NCBI RefSeq assembly: GCF_006345805.1
Contig: NC_042999.1
Location: forward strand, 122,264,001 to 122,328,000
Length of the DNA stretch: 64,000 bases
Source: Octopus sinensis
Taxonomy: Eukaryota
Reading direction: 5' to 3'
Of this stretch, positions 39,790 to 53,069 are shown in pieces. The notes below the pieces were generated by a model. That model was given only the letters and a program-made list of their open reading frames with translations, made no database searches and had not been told where the DNA came from. Both the position numbers and the translations under genes were made by a program. Every line of letters begins with the position of its first letter. Position 1 is the stretch's first letter.

Positions 39790-40409
39790 AAGGCGGCGAG
39801 CAGGCAGAAATGTTAGCATGCTGGGTGAAATGCTTAGCGGTATTTCATCTGCCGTTACGTTCTGAGTTCAAATTCCGCCGAAGTCAACTTTGCCTTTCAT
39901 CCTTTCGGGGTCTATTAAATTAAGTACCAGTTATGCACTGAGGTCGATATAATCGACTTAATCCATTTGTCTGTCCTTGTTTGTCCCCTCTGTGTGTAAC
40001 CCCTTGTGGGTAGTAAAAGAAATAGGTATTTCTTCTGCGACTACGTTCTGAGTTCAAATTCTGCCGAGGTTGACTTTGCCTTTCATCCTTTCGAGATCAA
40101 TTAATAAGTACCAGTTATGCACTGGGGTCGATATAATCGACTTAATCTGTTTGTCTGTCCTTGGTTGTCCCCTCTGTGTGTAGCCCCTTGTGGGCAGTAA
40201 AGAAATAAGGAACGTTAGTACACCGGCTGAAATGCTTAGCAGTATTTTGTCCGCCTTTACATTCTGAGTTCAAATTCCATAGAGGTCAACTTTGCCTTTC
40301 ATCCTTTCAGGGTTGATAAATTAAGTACCAGTTGCATACTGGAGTTGATCTAATCGACTGGCCCCCTCCTCCAAAATTTCAGGCCTTGTGTCTAGAGTAG
40401 AAAAGAATA
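39790..40409 (+). mobile_element. MetaSINE-like tandem trimer
   Basis: Full copy 39790-40023, headless copy from ggtatttc at 40024-40208, third copy from ggaacgttag at about 40210-40409 with a different tail. Confidence 0.9.
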
Positions 40410-40577
40410 TGTGATTCTTCTTTTACAGATTGTAAGTGTGGAAATTTGGCTGCTAAACTGAGCAAGTCAAGCAGCTCAAATATAGAAACATTCTTTAAGT
40501 ATTCATGAAGTTCACTTCAGGCTTCACTCCAATTTTACCATTTGAGTTTACTAATTCAGCCATTGTCTTTTTAACAG

Positions 40578-40618
40578 GTATTTATGCATCCTTTCAATTA
40601 CTTAGCCATAAATGGAGA
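40578..40618 (+). CDS. Candidate exon (VFMHPFNYLAING, or alternative frame IYASFQLLSHKWR)
   Basis: cattgtctttttaacag| and GAGA|gtatgt, both strong; two frames open. Confidence 0.45.
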
Positions 40619-41109
40619 GTATGTTTCCATAGAGTTGTTAAACTAAGTACTGCAAGAGCTAATAAACCACATATCAGTATTACTATGTTGTTGCTACTTA
40701 TGTTAGAGAAGATCTGCATAGGGTTGCTAAATGATTTAACTTGTTAATAGCTGATACAATATATGCAAGTGAGAAGATTCACTGGTTTCTGGCATTCTAC
40801 AAACTCAAGGCTTATAAATCTTTCCTGTGGCAGTAACATTAGTGTATACCAACTTACATGACTGAGGCTACAGTAATCTAAATGATTTGCATTGCTTATC
40901 TAACAATTTGTGTGTTTGTGTTTGACATCATGTTTTGATTAATCTGATCCTTGGTTTTCTTCCAGTTCCTTAGTTCTATATATAAACGTTCAGAACTTCT
41001 ATAAACTATAGAGATAGGAGGGAAAAAACATCATATTACCAATGTAGACTCATAACAACAAATGAGCAGACTCATACACAGTCCTCATAACAACGACAGA
41101 TATAGAGTT

Positions 41110-41800
41110 ACAAATATTACTTAGTATTATTAATGGTAAGATTGAAAAGATGGGTCTGCATTTTAACAGAAAAAAAGAGTGAATGACAATATTAAAAAAA
41201 ATGCATCAACTTGAAACATAAAAATTAATGGAATAACTGGAAAGAGTTCAATAGTTCAGATATTTGGGAACTGTTATTACATTTAATGGGAAAAACATCA
41301 AACAAATTAAATCGAAGATTGGACAAGCTTAGGCTGCTTTTAATGAGATAAAACAGACATTGTCAAATAAACAGCTATCAATAAAAATGCGAAATAGAGT
41401 TTTAGTGGGTACATAGAACCCATTGTTACATATGCTTGTATAATGCAAAACATTAGAAAACATGTTCCAAAGGTTATCAATGTTGCGGAGATGTGATTTT
41501 TAGATGAACACTGAAGATAGCCCATACAGAGAGAGTGAGACAAGAGAAAGTCCTAAGGTGAGTAGGGATCACCAGAAAGTATCTCAACAACATGAGGAGA
41601 CAATGGGCTCAGTTTATTGTACAATGTATTAAAAGAAAAGCCTTGTGCATTTGATGACAGACAAAAAAACTGAAAGAAAGAAGTCAGAGAAAGGAAAAAG
41701 AGGCTTGCTGGTTTCAGAAAGATTACCCTAATAAAGTGCTAAGCTGTATGTGGGAGATGATGGCATGAAGGTCCATGATTAGTGAGGTCTGTGAGCATGG
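41110..41800 (+). mobile_element. Decayed RTE-clade LINE fragment
   Basis: ..FRYLGTVITFNGK..KSKIGQA*AAFNEIKQTLSNKQLSIKMRNRV..YIEPIVTYAC.., a post-RT RTE pattern. Confidence 0.7.
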
Positions 41801-41871
41801 CACATGAAGAAAGAATAGTTCAGAAAGTTTAAACTACAATGAGTCATTTTTTCTTCACCTCTTCCACATTA

Positions 41872-42019
41872 TATTTCTTTATTGCCCACAAGGGGCTAAA
41901 CATAGAGGGGACAAACAAAGACAGACAAAGGGATTAAGTCAACTACATCGACCCCAGTGCGCAACTGGTACTTTATTTATCGACCCCGAAAGGATGAAAG
42001 GCAAAGTCGACCTCGGCGG
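41872..42019 (-). mobile_element. 5'-truncated MetaSINE-like SINE
   Basis: tatttctttattgcccacaagggg...aaggatgaaaggcaaagtcgacctcggcgg. Confidence 0.85.
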
Positions 42020-42059
42020 TGTTTGTTCCACATTAGCAAATTCCATACCACCAGCTTTC

Positions 42060-42560
42060 ATCACCTTTGAAAACAGGTCTGTATCAATTCCAACTGTTCT
42101 TTCAGTCTATGACGTGCATTCAGTCATGACTGCTTTTGCTCTTCTGTGAGCAAGTAAAACACAAATTTTGCTGTAACACTTTTCATTCACAATTCCTTGC
42201 TCAAAATACGTTGGCAGAAGCTCCAGGACACACCAGTCATATCAACAAGTTCATCAATTGTTCATTGACAGTCCTCTGTGATCAATTCAAGTATTTTCGT
42301 GATGTTTTCATCATGGCAATTGTCTTGATTCTTTGGTCTTCAAGTGACAAATGAGCGTTCCTAAAGCATGAAAACCACTTGTAAATTTGTATTTTACCCA
42401 TGGCAGCAGCCTTGCAGGCTGTTAGAAGCATGACGCTGTTTCAGCTGCCATTTTCTCCAGCAGAAAATAGAATTCCGCAGAAGCACAATGTTCCTTCATT
42501 TCAGCCATCAAAAAAATTGACAAACAGGGGAGAAGCGTTGCAAAACAATAATGCACCACA
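42060..42560 (-). pseudogene. Decayed mariner transposase N-terminal fragment
   Basis: Minus strand reads MAEMKEHCASAEFYFLLEKMAAET.., then (with frameshifts) KWFSCF..DEN..KILELI..TIDELVDMTGVSWSFCQRILSKEL*MKSVTAKFV..LLTEEQKQS*LN..LKEQLE, a mariner HTH/linker pattern. Confidence 0.8.
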
Positions 42561-43490
42561 TGGCAATACAACTGCAATGGAAGACACTGGTCAGCAGACT
42601 GATACTTGAGGGTCACATCAAGTGGCTTCTAGTGGGGGAACAGGTTTATCCCACAGGAAACGTTTCTGTTTACTTTTGGTACCCCTCATATGGTAGAATT
42701 ATAAATGAGGTTGGGATGCTTTTGGAAAGAATTAAAATGTTGATAATACAGAAAATCAAGGTTTCATTAAGAACAGGTGAGTGAAATTTTGAGAAAATAC
42801 AGAATGATCTCTAGTTTGCAATTGAACGCAGTTCTATGGAGCGATTACTTTTAATTAAAGGTGAAGATTAAGTAACTATTTTGTAGTTTGTGATGTGATT
42901 GTGTATAACGTCACTTCCATGATAGTCATAATAATCCCCTAGTCTACCAAATAATGAACACTATAAGCATAGTTAGTTTTTGAACTTGAAAAAAGCAAAA
43001 CTGTATGAATGAGCCTTTTGATTTATTATGATCATGCAACATCAAGAATTTTGGACAGGTTATCACCACTGACCACAAGCAAAAACAAAACTTACTCTCT
43101 TCACATTGAAACAGTGAACACATATGAAGACATAGAGAAATATAAACTTGCTTGTACAAGCACATGCATAAACATACACACAGAAAGATACATGTATAAT
43201 ATATAATATATATATTATCAGTCACTTTCAGTCACTAGGTATTGGTCAATCTGCAGCTATAGTATAGAATGTCAGCTAGCAATGCTCATGCAATGGGACT
43301 GAATTCTAAACCACACACACACACACACACATACACACACATACATTTGTATTGTATAAACCTTGATGAGAAGATGTACCAAAATATTTTAAGATACAAA
43401 CAGTTAACAGTTAACCTCAACTTAGAAAGCAAAGTGCTTTATTTTTGCCCCATTTTTAAGATGTATTAAAAATTTAGATATGTATATATT

Positions 43491-43521
<31 letters not shown>

Positions 43522-44049
43522 ATGTATAGGAATATTTATATTTATATATATATCTATATATTTATATAAACACACACATATATATATATTTTAAAATGTA
43601 GAGGTAACACACATGTAAGTAGATATTTATGAAAAAGAAGAATGAAAGTGCTACTTTTTAAAAATTTGGTGCATTTAAATTTCCTTATATAAATATATTA
43701 AAAAAATGTTTTTGTTTTACATGTTTCAGCCATTTGTAAACCTTATCAAAAATATGTACTTAAATGAAATATATAGAGAAAAAGATTAATGATAAAATAA
43801 ACATTCATAGTCTACTTTTCTTTTTCTGTAAGAGCATGTGGTAATTTCCATTAATTTTCATGGCATTGCTAGTAGTAATTTTAGCTGTTGTCTGTGATGA
43901 TAAATTAAGTAATGTGGTTAAAATTGTTTTCAAAAGGAGTGGTCATAGTAGTCAAATAAGCAGTAGTAGCAATAATAGTCATCGTAAACTTATCTCCCCT
44001 GAGGTCTTCACAGAAATGGATTTATTTAATCTCTTATCTTTATTTCTTG

Positions 44050-45250
44050 TGAATAATATACATATAGTTTCTGTGTTCCAAGCTTAAAGAATTTAAACTT
44101 GGTCAATACTCTCTTATGAAAGGCATTTCCTTGCTAATGCGTTCATTTTGGCTAGCACTGTCTTTGAATTAGTATAATGGAAAAGTTGTAAATTTGGGAT
44201 ATTTATTATATGCACATCTGTCTATGTGTTCGCTAACAGATATTTTCTTGTAATCCATAATTCTAATTTGGGATTTGTGCACAGTCATCCTCTGACGTAG
44301 GCTATTTTTTGTGTGTCCAATATATTGCTGTTTGTACCCTGAGCATGTAATTAAGTAAATCAAATTCTCCCATGCGCATGTAAAGTTAGTTTTAATGGTA
44401 AAATTTTGGCCTTGTTCCAATCGGTATTCTGATCCTTCTATTATGTTGATACAAATCCCACAGTTGAGCCTCCCGCACTTTTTTACTGTTGGCTTTGTGG
44501 TTATAGTTAAGTGTAATTTGGTCTGGGTTAAAATCCTCTTCATTGATTTTGACTGTCTTTTACTTTTGATGACTGTTTGTTTGAAGGATTTGATTCATCT
44601 TTGGGTCCCTCTTGAGTAGAGATGTGATATGGAGTATAATGTTTGTATGTGGAGATGTAAGGCAGGGTTTTCATTTTTTCTTCCTTCTTTGGTCTTGGTT
44701 GTCTAAGTTCTAGTGTATTGAATTTAAGGACTTGTTGGATTGTATTGTTGATTAAGGGTTGTGGGTAATTCCTATTGGTGAATGTAGATTTTAGTTCAGG
44801 TGGCAAGAATTAAATGTCAAGTACTGTTTTGAGTACATAGGTTTCTAATAGATATCTGTCTCTATTTTGTTCTCGACTTTCTTAATAAGGATATCTAAAA
44901 ACAGTATTTGTTCCTGGTTTACTCTATTGTAAATTGGAGGTTCTCATTTATTCTATTTAGAAGTGTTTTGAATTCATTAAGTTTTTCTACACTCTCATTT
45001 CAGAGGATGAAGCAGTCATCGAGATATCTTTTCTAGTTGTTTTGAATGTAGGTTGAAAAGAAGTTTCCATATTTCTCGAGTTTTTTCTGGTATAGTTTAA
45101 TTTCAAGATAGTCCTTAACTAGTTTTGCAAAAGAGGGTGCAGTCTGTGTTCCTATTGCTATTCCTGATTTTTGTTGGAAGTAGTCATTATTGGATATAAA
45201 ATAATTGTTCTCTAGGATAAATCATAGTCCTTCTATTATGAATTTTTTTT
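44050..45250 (-). mobile_element. Penelope-like retroelement (RT + GIY-YIG), inactivated
   Basis: RT motifs YFQQKSGIAIGTQTAPSFAKL and RYLDDCFIL; ORF 44169-44543 has CGRLNCGIC...NLIYLITC...YIGHTKNSLRQRMTVHKSQI (GIY-YIG); multiple stops. Confidence 0.9.
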
Positions 45251-45481
45251 AGATGTGAGAGGGGAGTTCATAGGTGTAGTTGTCTAACCAGAATAAACAT
45301 GTTGAAAACATGCACTTAGTTAAACTTGGGACTACAGATCAAAATAACCTCCATCCTACACCCTCTTCACAGCAAAATTATCAACTAAGAAATTTACAAT
45401 AATGTAAGACCCACTATTTGTCTTTATTCTCGTTACCAATGTATACTTATGTCTTTTGCTCTTCTTACCTCTACATATGAC

Positions 45482-45540
45482 TCTGCATTCTGATGATGTC
45501 TACCGCTACAACTGGTAAACAGAAACGATTGTAAATATAC
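45482..45540 (+). ncRNA. Minimal type I hammerhead ribozyme motif in an inverted PLE pLTR
   Basis: CTGATGA-tgtctacc(gctacaact)ggtaaaca-GAAAC-gatt-GTA; stem II 7/8 paired; stem III ACGATTGT is one change from the palindrome ACGATCGT; stem I is weak. Confidence 0.6.
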
Positions 45541-45919
45541 TATTACTACTACTTCTCTTTATTAATTAATTAAATTAATGGCTTACTAGCACAAACAACC
45601 AACTTCTTCCTGTTATTTTTCCTCCATTTTCTTCTTGCATATAATTTAAACTATGGTTTACTTGCTGAATTACCTGTTACCATATACCTTTTACCAAGGA
45701 CTGTATTTACGTAGATAATCACCAGAGCACCTTTGGATTTAACCATCCCTTAGAGGTTTTAAACATCTCTAACTTATACCTACATACATACACATATATA
45801 TATACATATATATATTTATTTATATAAATATATATATATATTTGTGTGTGTATATATATATATGTATGCTCGTATGCTTATATATATGTACATGCATACA
45901 TTTGTGTGTGTGTATCCCT

Positions 45920-46650
45920 TTGTTTGGTAAAGGATTTAATAATTTGAGGATGTATGTTATAGCTCTTCAGAATATGAATGAGTGAGGGCTGCAAAAATAT
46001 CCAGTTTGTAGGACTCGCTACTAGATTGAACTGGGATTATGGGAATTTTGATGTCTAATAAGCTATGTTAAGAAACTACGATTAGATATTTTTGCTGTTG
46101 AATGATGTTAGTTTTTTGAATATGGAGACAGTGGAGCATGTCATGATATCAACAAGTTGATATGGTTAAAGTTAGGAAGGTGATTAGTTTCTCAATGGCC
46201 AGTAATGCATTTTCTGTGTAAGAGATATTGCAGAGTTGTGTGATGGAAAGAAAAATAAGTATAGGAGACTTTGTTTTTAAAACCTTCACCTATAGAAAGG
46301 TTTGGCTGTGTAGAATTGTTTAATGTATAATGAAATATTTGATGATTTCTTTGTAAGATAAAAACATCAGCTTATCATAGTATATTACAAAGTATGATGT
46401 TTAAGCAGAGTTGCTGATTATGTTGCTAAGTAAAGCGGTATAGATGTGCAGAGTTGACATATAGATTGGTAGAGTTGACAGAAAGGCAGGCATTCGGTGT
46501 GGAATAGTGTTGAAATACAAGCAGAGTACCAGATAGCTGAAAATGGATTACTTACAAAGAAAAATAAGGAATCTATGTGTTGAAGTAAATAAATGAGAAT
46601 GCATAGTTCAGGTTGAGAAGTAAGGAGTAAATATTTCTTATCTATAATCA
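45920..46650 (-). mobile_element. Possible old LINE remnant
   Basis: Minus strand ..LDIFAALTH../..ILKSYNIHPQIIK.. resembles the RT region after the AFD motif; heavily degraded. Confidence 0.3.
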
Positions 46651-46676
46651 GATATAATAAAATATCTGATTATAGA
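46641..46676. repeat. Perfect 15-bp hairpin with AATAAA loop
   Basis: tctataatcagatat-aataaa-atatctgattataga. Confidence 0.9.
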
Positions 46677-49600
46677 GAGGAAAATTCCCTTTGGATTTAA
46701 TTTGTGTTATATTTTCCTCTTTTATTATTACTTGCTTTTTTTTTCAATATATACTGGAATCATGAACCATATCTTGTGGCTTGGGAATTACTTGAACATA
46801 GTTTGGAGCCAATGAAGAAGCATCTCTGTCTTGTCTCAACCTACTTGAAATAGATTCCAAATCTTCCCCAAATCCTAAATCTTCCACAAATCACACACTG
46901 CCACCTTAGAAATAGAAGAACACACTGGGTAATGTAGTATAGGGTCCACTATGTTAAGAAAAAAGCAGGATGGTCATGAATGGAATGCCTTTGATCATAG
47001 GTCTGCTTAATCTGGGACAACATGGAGATAACAAATGACAATTATAGTTAGAATACAATGAATACATTGATTTATTTTCATAAGACCGAATAAACTTCAT
47101 ATTTAAATAAAATGATAATGAAAAGGAAACCATCAGAGATTTTTGTTGTTGTTTCATATTACAATATTTTAATAATGAAAAGTTATTAAATAGAATTGAT
47201 ATAATTTAATAACTTTTTCAGATAAAATTGTCAATTTTACAAATTTTAATTATGTATTATTTTATTACATTTACATTGATATTTCATTCAGATTACACTC
47301 AATTATTAGTATTTATTTAGTAAGATAAGTGTAGACAAATGAATTGAGGTATAGAAATGAATTAATATATACTAATATTAATTTGTTTTAATACTATTTA
47401 ATATGGCAAGTTCACACTCCCACATACACGTGTGCACATGCATGCACACACACCCATGTAAGAGAATATTGAAGTAATTTTATTTCAGTTTAGAATTTAT
47501 AACAAAGAAATATAGAAAAATTGCTGGCTTTGCAAACAGTATAATATTAAAGAGGAGCAGCTCAAATACATTTAAGAAATAGTTATATTTATACAGAATG
47601 CCTGCATAACCTTTTTAAGCCACTAGACTCTTGTTATGATATATTGTGTCAATAACTATTCAATTTTGTAAATAGTGAACTACCTTACCTCATCTGATTT
47701 TTCTACTTAACTTGATTTGAACTTGATTAGATGGCAAATTATTGATTATTCTACTTAAATTGATTAGGTGGCAAACTAAAGAATAAACTATAAAAACATC
47801 ATACATGTATTATGCTAAGGTAGACACTTATATTACATTCAGTGTCGATATTTTTAACAGTCTGTCTGTATACATTTATAACTGGTTTTGCCATTGCAAA
47901 CCATCACTAGTTTCCTTGAAGTCTAGCTCGCTTCCTTCACTAAATACATTTATATTTATTATTAGCTTCAAGAGCTTTTCAGTAAATGTTTTTAAAATGT
48001 TCCTTTTAGTAAATAATATTGCAAAGAAGTAGTTGAATAAACACAGAGTTAAGCCTGCAGAATAGAAACCATACACATTTTTACAGAAAATGTTAAGAGG
48101 AAACATCACCTACAAATTGCAATTTTAATATCAAATTTTATGTGAACCAATTCTTAATATCTTTATAAATATATGGATTTGACCCAAGTGTGAGATGTTG
48201 TAAATAGTCATAATGACAACTTTCTAAAGGCAGCTCTTGCTAAGAAAAATCTAGTTCAGATTTATGAATATAACTTTGGAAAGATAGAAATATAATTCAG
48301 GTGAATGTTGGCTAATGTTATTATTCAAGGAATTTCTTTTACCAGCTTGGAAGTTTTAATAGCCATCATTATGATAAAAGTAACTACATTTTGCATTGGA
48401 ATTACATATATTTCGATTTTGATTAATCACAATTTACAAAAGTGAAGAGTGAAAATGGTAACAAAAAAGAAAATGATGAATAAATAAATAATATAAAAGC
48501 TAAACACACTTCTTTGATTATGAATTACATCATGAAAGTCTGATGTCTGTTTTGCTATTTTGAGGCAATGTAAATTTCTCATGACATTGTTAAAAGAAAA
48601 TCATGCAGATGGAAGAGGGAACAATGATGGAGGGGTAGAATATGGAGAACTGATACACTGTAATCTGACATTACAAATATAAATGGTTGAGTGTCCAAAG
48701 TTTATGTTTGGAGCCCTTAACCCCAAGACACCTAAAATTAAGTTTCCCAAAAACCAGCTTTGCTGTAGCAAAGAATCTGTTTACCTGAAACATCCAGTTA
48801 CTAGATGTTCAAGCATAAATCAAAACTCAGCCTAGCTGTATCATTGGTGTCCAATTTAAACAGTGCAGGGCCAAAAAAAGGTTTCCCTGCTGAATTCCCA
48901 ATGACTGCATTAGTCATGAAAGAGAAAATGAGAGAATCCTTGTTAAATCTGCTATGCTATGTGGTAGAATGCTGAAGGCCTATTTTTCCACCTAGCTGAG
49001 GATGGCACCACATCTGATTGAACTGAAGGCTTTTGTAAAGAGAGAGTGCTTGGAAATGTCTATATAGCATTGATAGCTAATTTGAACTTCACTTACATAC
49101 CAAACCTGAACTGCACGAATGTGGATTCCAGAGAGAAATAGTATGAGGTTGATAATGAGCACATTTTCAATTTGTGTCTGCAAGTACACACAGCTGTTAT
49201 GGTGTAGAAATTCTCAATAGGCTTAAAAAGACCAAACTTTTGAGTTCAGCGTGATGACATATTCATTTGTAAATAAACACAATGTTTTCTTGGTTAATCG
49301 AATAAAATTTTAGGTCAGTTTTGAAGAATAGATATAGAATTCAAATAATACATATTTGAATATATATCAGTGAAAAGGATTATTCATAACTATAGTAAAT
49401 TATTATTCATCACAAAAATAATAAGAAGAAAGAAATTATGAACAAAGATATCTAAAAACTTTTTGTATTTAGTAGTAATACTCAAAATAAACTTTGTATG
49501 AAAGAATAATTTAAGTATTTTGGCTTCAAGAAAGTGATGAATTTAGTTTCACAGCTTTGAAAAATAACAATTATTTATTCTGCAAATCTGCTTTGTAAAG

Positions 49601-50558
49601 ATATAAAAGTCACTATTTTGTATTTCAGGTTTCATATGATATTCATTTATATCATCAGCAATGAGACTGCTTCAAGGGAGTTTTGATAGATAAAGTAGAA
49701 GTGATTTAGAAAGATGCTGTCGCCAAATTCTTTTCCTATTATTTAAGTAGATAAGAAAAAGAAAATGTTTCTTTCCTGAAATGCATATGATGCTATAAGA
49801 AAAAGTATAGTATAGATGAAAGAAAGATATAGGTTCAGCTTTCATACTAACAAAAAAAGAATAGAAATAGATTAAAATTTATTAAGAAGGTTTATAAAGA
49901 TAGGATTAAGTTGGACCCTAGTAGGTATTTTGTTGTATGAATTTGATTGATGTACTATTTGAAAATCATTTATTAAGAAAATACTAATCACTTAAAATTC
50001 ATTGATACATATCAAATGAAAATGACTATTGGGATTTTTGAAGCAGAAGAATGAATTGTGAGGAAAGTTAGCAAAATTAAACTGGAAATAGTTATAACTG
50101 AAAGATCATAATATTATCTGCATTTAACTAAATTTAAATTTAAACTTTATCATTCAACTTTTATAAAAAATTAATTTAGATTTATAGCTTAGATGAAATT
50201 TGAATTTCGAATAATATATGAATTAAAATTAGACATTATTACCATTTTTATGAAAGAAAATTTAACTCCTGAAATGATTAAAGGTGTAGTAATCCTAAAA
50301 CAATTATGTTCTATGTGGTTATAAAATATTCAGTAGTTTTATGACTTAACCATTCATACGACAATTAACATCATTTAATTGTAACTGAAGTTAAAAGTTA
50401 TAAGTTCAATGATATTTTATTTGACTAATTTCTTGGAAACCTTTCAAATTTAGATGAATATTATAAATACAATTTCCAAATGTTTTGTTTTATTGATTTT
50501 CCAGTATATTTTATATGTGTGTGTGTGTGTGTATAAATGTTAAAGGCATAACATGCTC

Positions 50559-50595
<37 letters not shown>

Positions 50596-53069
50596 ATATA
50601 ATATATATATATATATACACATGTATGTATGTGCATACATATAGTCAGGCATTTAAGGAAATTAACAAAATCTAATTTCATCAAATTTCATTAAAAAAAT
50701 GCATTTGTCATAATTTGGTATCAGGTTACTATATGAAAATTCCCTGATGTTGCCACTATAGTTAATGACTTATTAACTGAGACAAAAACTTAATAAATAT
50801 TTCATTCATTATTAGGAGCATATGGGAGTATCAACAATTTCTAGAAAAATACCAGTTATTAATGTACATTTTCTTTCAACTCAGTTATTAGAGATGGCAT
50901 ATTTTTACTAAGGAATTCCACATTTACAGCTCTTAACAAAAACATCATTACAGTTTTATATTTTCCAAGCTTTAGAAGAATTGCTGCAATTTTGCTAAAT
51001 CTTTAGAAATAATTGCAACCATTGATTCTCTTCTTTTTTTGCATTAGTTGTAAAAGTATTTTATGTTATGACACACATGGCCAAGTAGTCATTTGACAAA
51101 AAATGGTTATAAACAAATTTTACATAAAAGAGTACCAGCGATCTATGATGGGTTATATTTGATTGATACTGACAATAAAACTATGAATTACTGTGAATTT
51201 TAAATAAAAGGAAAATACTCACAAAGGTCCTATTTTCAGTATCACTTTTCTTTACTTCTGACTCTTTTTTTAAAGCATTCTGGTCCCTAAGGTCATCAAA
51301 TATTAATCACTAATATCATAATCACTGAACTGGCAAAAGACAATAGACTCAGATTTCTGCTGAGATTATTGGGAATCACAGCTCAAAATGTGTCAGACAA
51401 GATTCTCTTAAAGATGTGCAGTAATAAAATAATGAAGGTTAACTATTTAGAGGAATTTCTGGAATTGTGGAATAAATTCTGTTACTTAGACAACATATTA
51501 AATACCATAAGAAAGTACAAGTTAATAAGGACAAAAGAGGTCTTTGATTAGAATCTAAGGTTTCAATGCTTTGGCAATTACTGATACATAATAAAGCTTC
51601 AGTAAAGACTATTTTAACTATAATAGAACTGAAGCTGTACTATGGTTTCATATAAATTGCAGGCAGGTGTTATTTGTTAACAAACAATTATATGAAAGTA
51701 ACTAGTCAACTGAAAATCAAGACAACTAGTCAACCGCAACTCTTCATTGTTTTGTGGGGTTTTTTAACTTTCAAAGCAAAACAAATTTCTCTTTGAATTT
51801 TATTGATCCAAATTATACTTAAATAAATCACATTTCTATTGCATTAACTCACATATGCTAATTTTTATTATATTTTTCATTAATATTCTAACTTAGATAT
51901 TGATGCTTATAAAAAGTGATGCCATTTCTTGTGTACATTCAGTGTTACAGGAACTTATTCTAAAGGGATGAGAGAGTCATACGAAATTTATTTCAAATAT
52001 TATAACTTTGTAATTAACAGGACTTTCTGAAGTCACATCAAATTACAATCTATTTAATAATATCCTTCATTTAGAATCACGTTTTATTCTGTGATCTATA
52101 ACTGTATTATTTCTATGCAAGCCTTATAAGATAACTACATGTACCTGAATGTATTTCACCATTATACATTCAGAGCTTTATACCTCTACATGAATGATTA
52201 AGTGAATAGACTTATTGAATTTATATTTTAGAACATGTCACATCTGCTCTTGATCTGCTGATAACTTAGTTTTCTGAACATTGGAGTTATCTTGATAAAC
52301 AATTTTGCTTGTCATTTTTATAAATTTAGCCATTTCATATGCAAATTTGAAACTGATCTAAAGTATCAAAAATAGATCTTATTGGTTACAAATTTTCAGA
52401 TATTATAATGATAAAAAACAAAGGTCTGGAATTTCATAAATCGAAAATTGCATATTGATTTTAATAGACTTGTGAAAATTTGAAATATTTTCATCAAAGC
52501 TACTCAGTCTTTATTTAATATTATCATAAAACTATTAATAAGAGAGTATTTTCCATTAATTAGAGAGTATCTGCTTATATAATCATGATAGGATGTTGAA
52601 GTATTTATATTCTAGACTCAAATTTGATAGAAAGACTTCTAAATATCTGAAATTTCTTATAATTTTAATACATATGTTCATACATATATACACAATATGG
52701 TGAAAAAGTAATTTATGTCAGTATAAAGGAACTGATTATATTGCCTTTAACTTTTGACATTGAAACAATCCTAATCAAAATTTTGTTGTCTTCTCTAGAC
52801 AAATACGAAGGAAATGTCTTTTTGAGAGTTCATAATTGTAATCAAATGATGAAAGTGAACTAAATCTCACTGTGTGGAATTAATACTGTATACATTTTGA
52901 CTGGACAGGAGATTGGAATTAGTTATCATAGGGTGCAGAACTAACAAGAGGAATTTTAGTGGACCTTTTAGCTGAATCAAGACCAGCTTCAGTTTTATAA
53001 AAAGGCTTAGGAATATTGCTTGATTGGCTGCTTAAAAAGAATAAAAAGTTACAAGTAATCAAAATGCTT

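Noticed and set aside
43985-44015. Expected hammerhead in the 3' pLTR of the minus-strand PLE
   Set aside because: Only gTGAAGA and an ACGATG remnant are visible; GAAA and the stems are missing.
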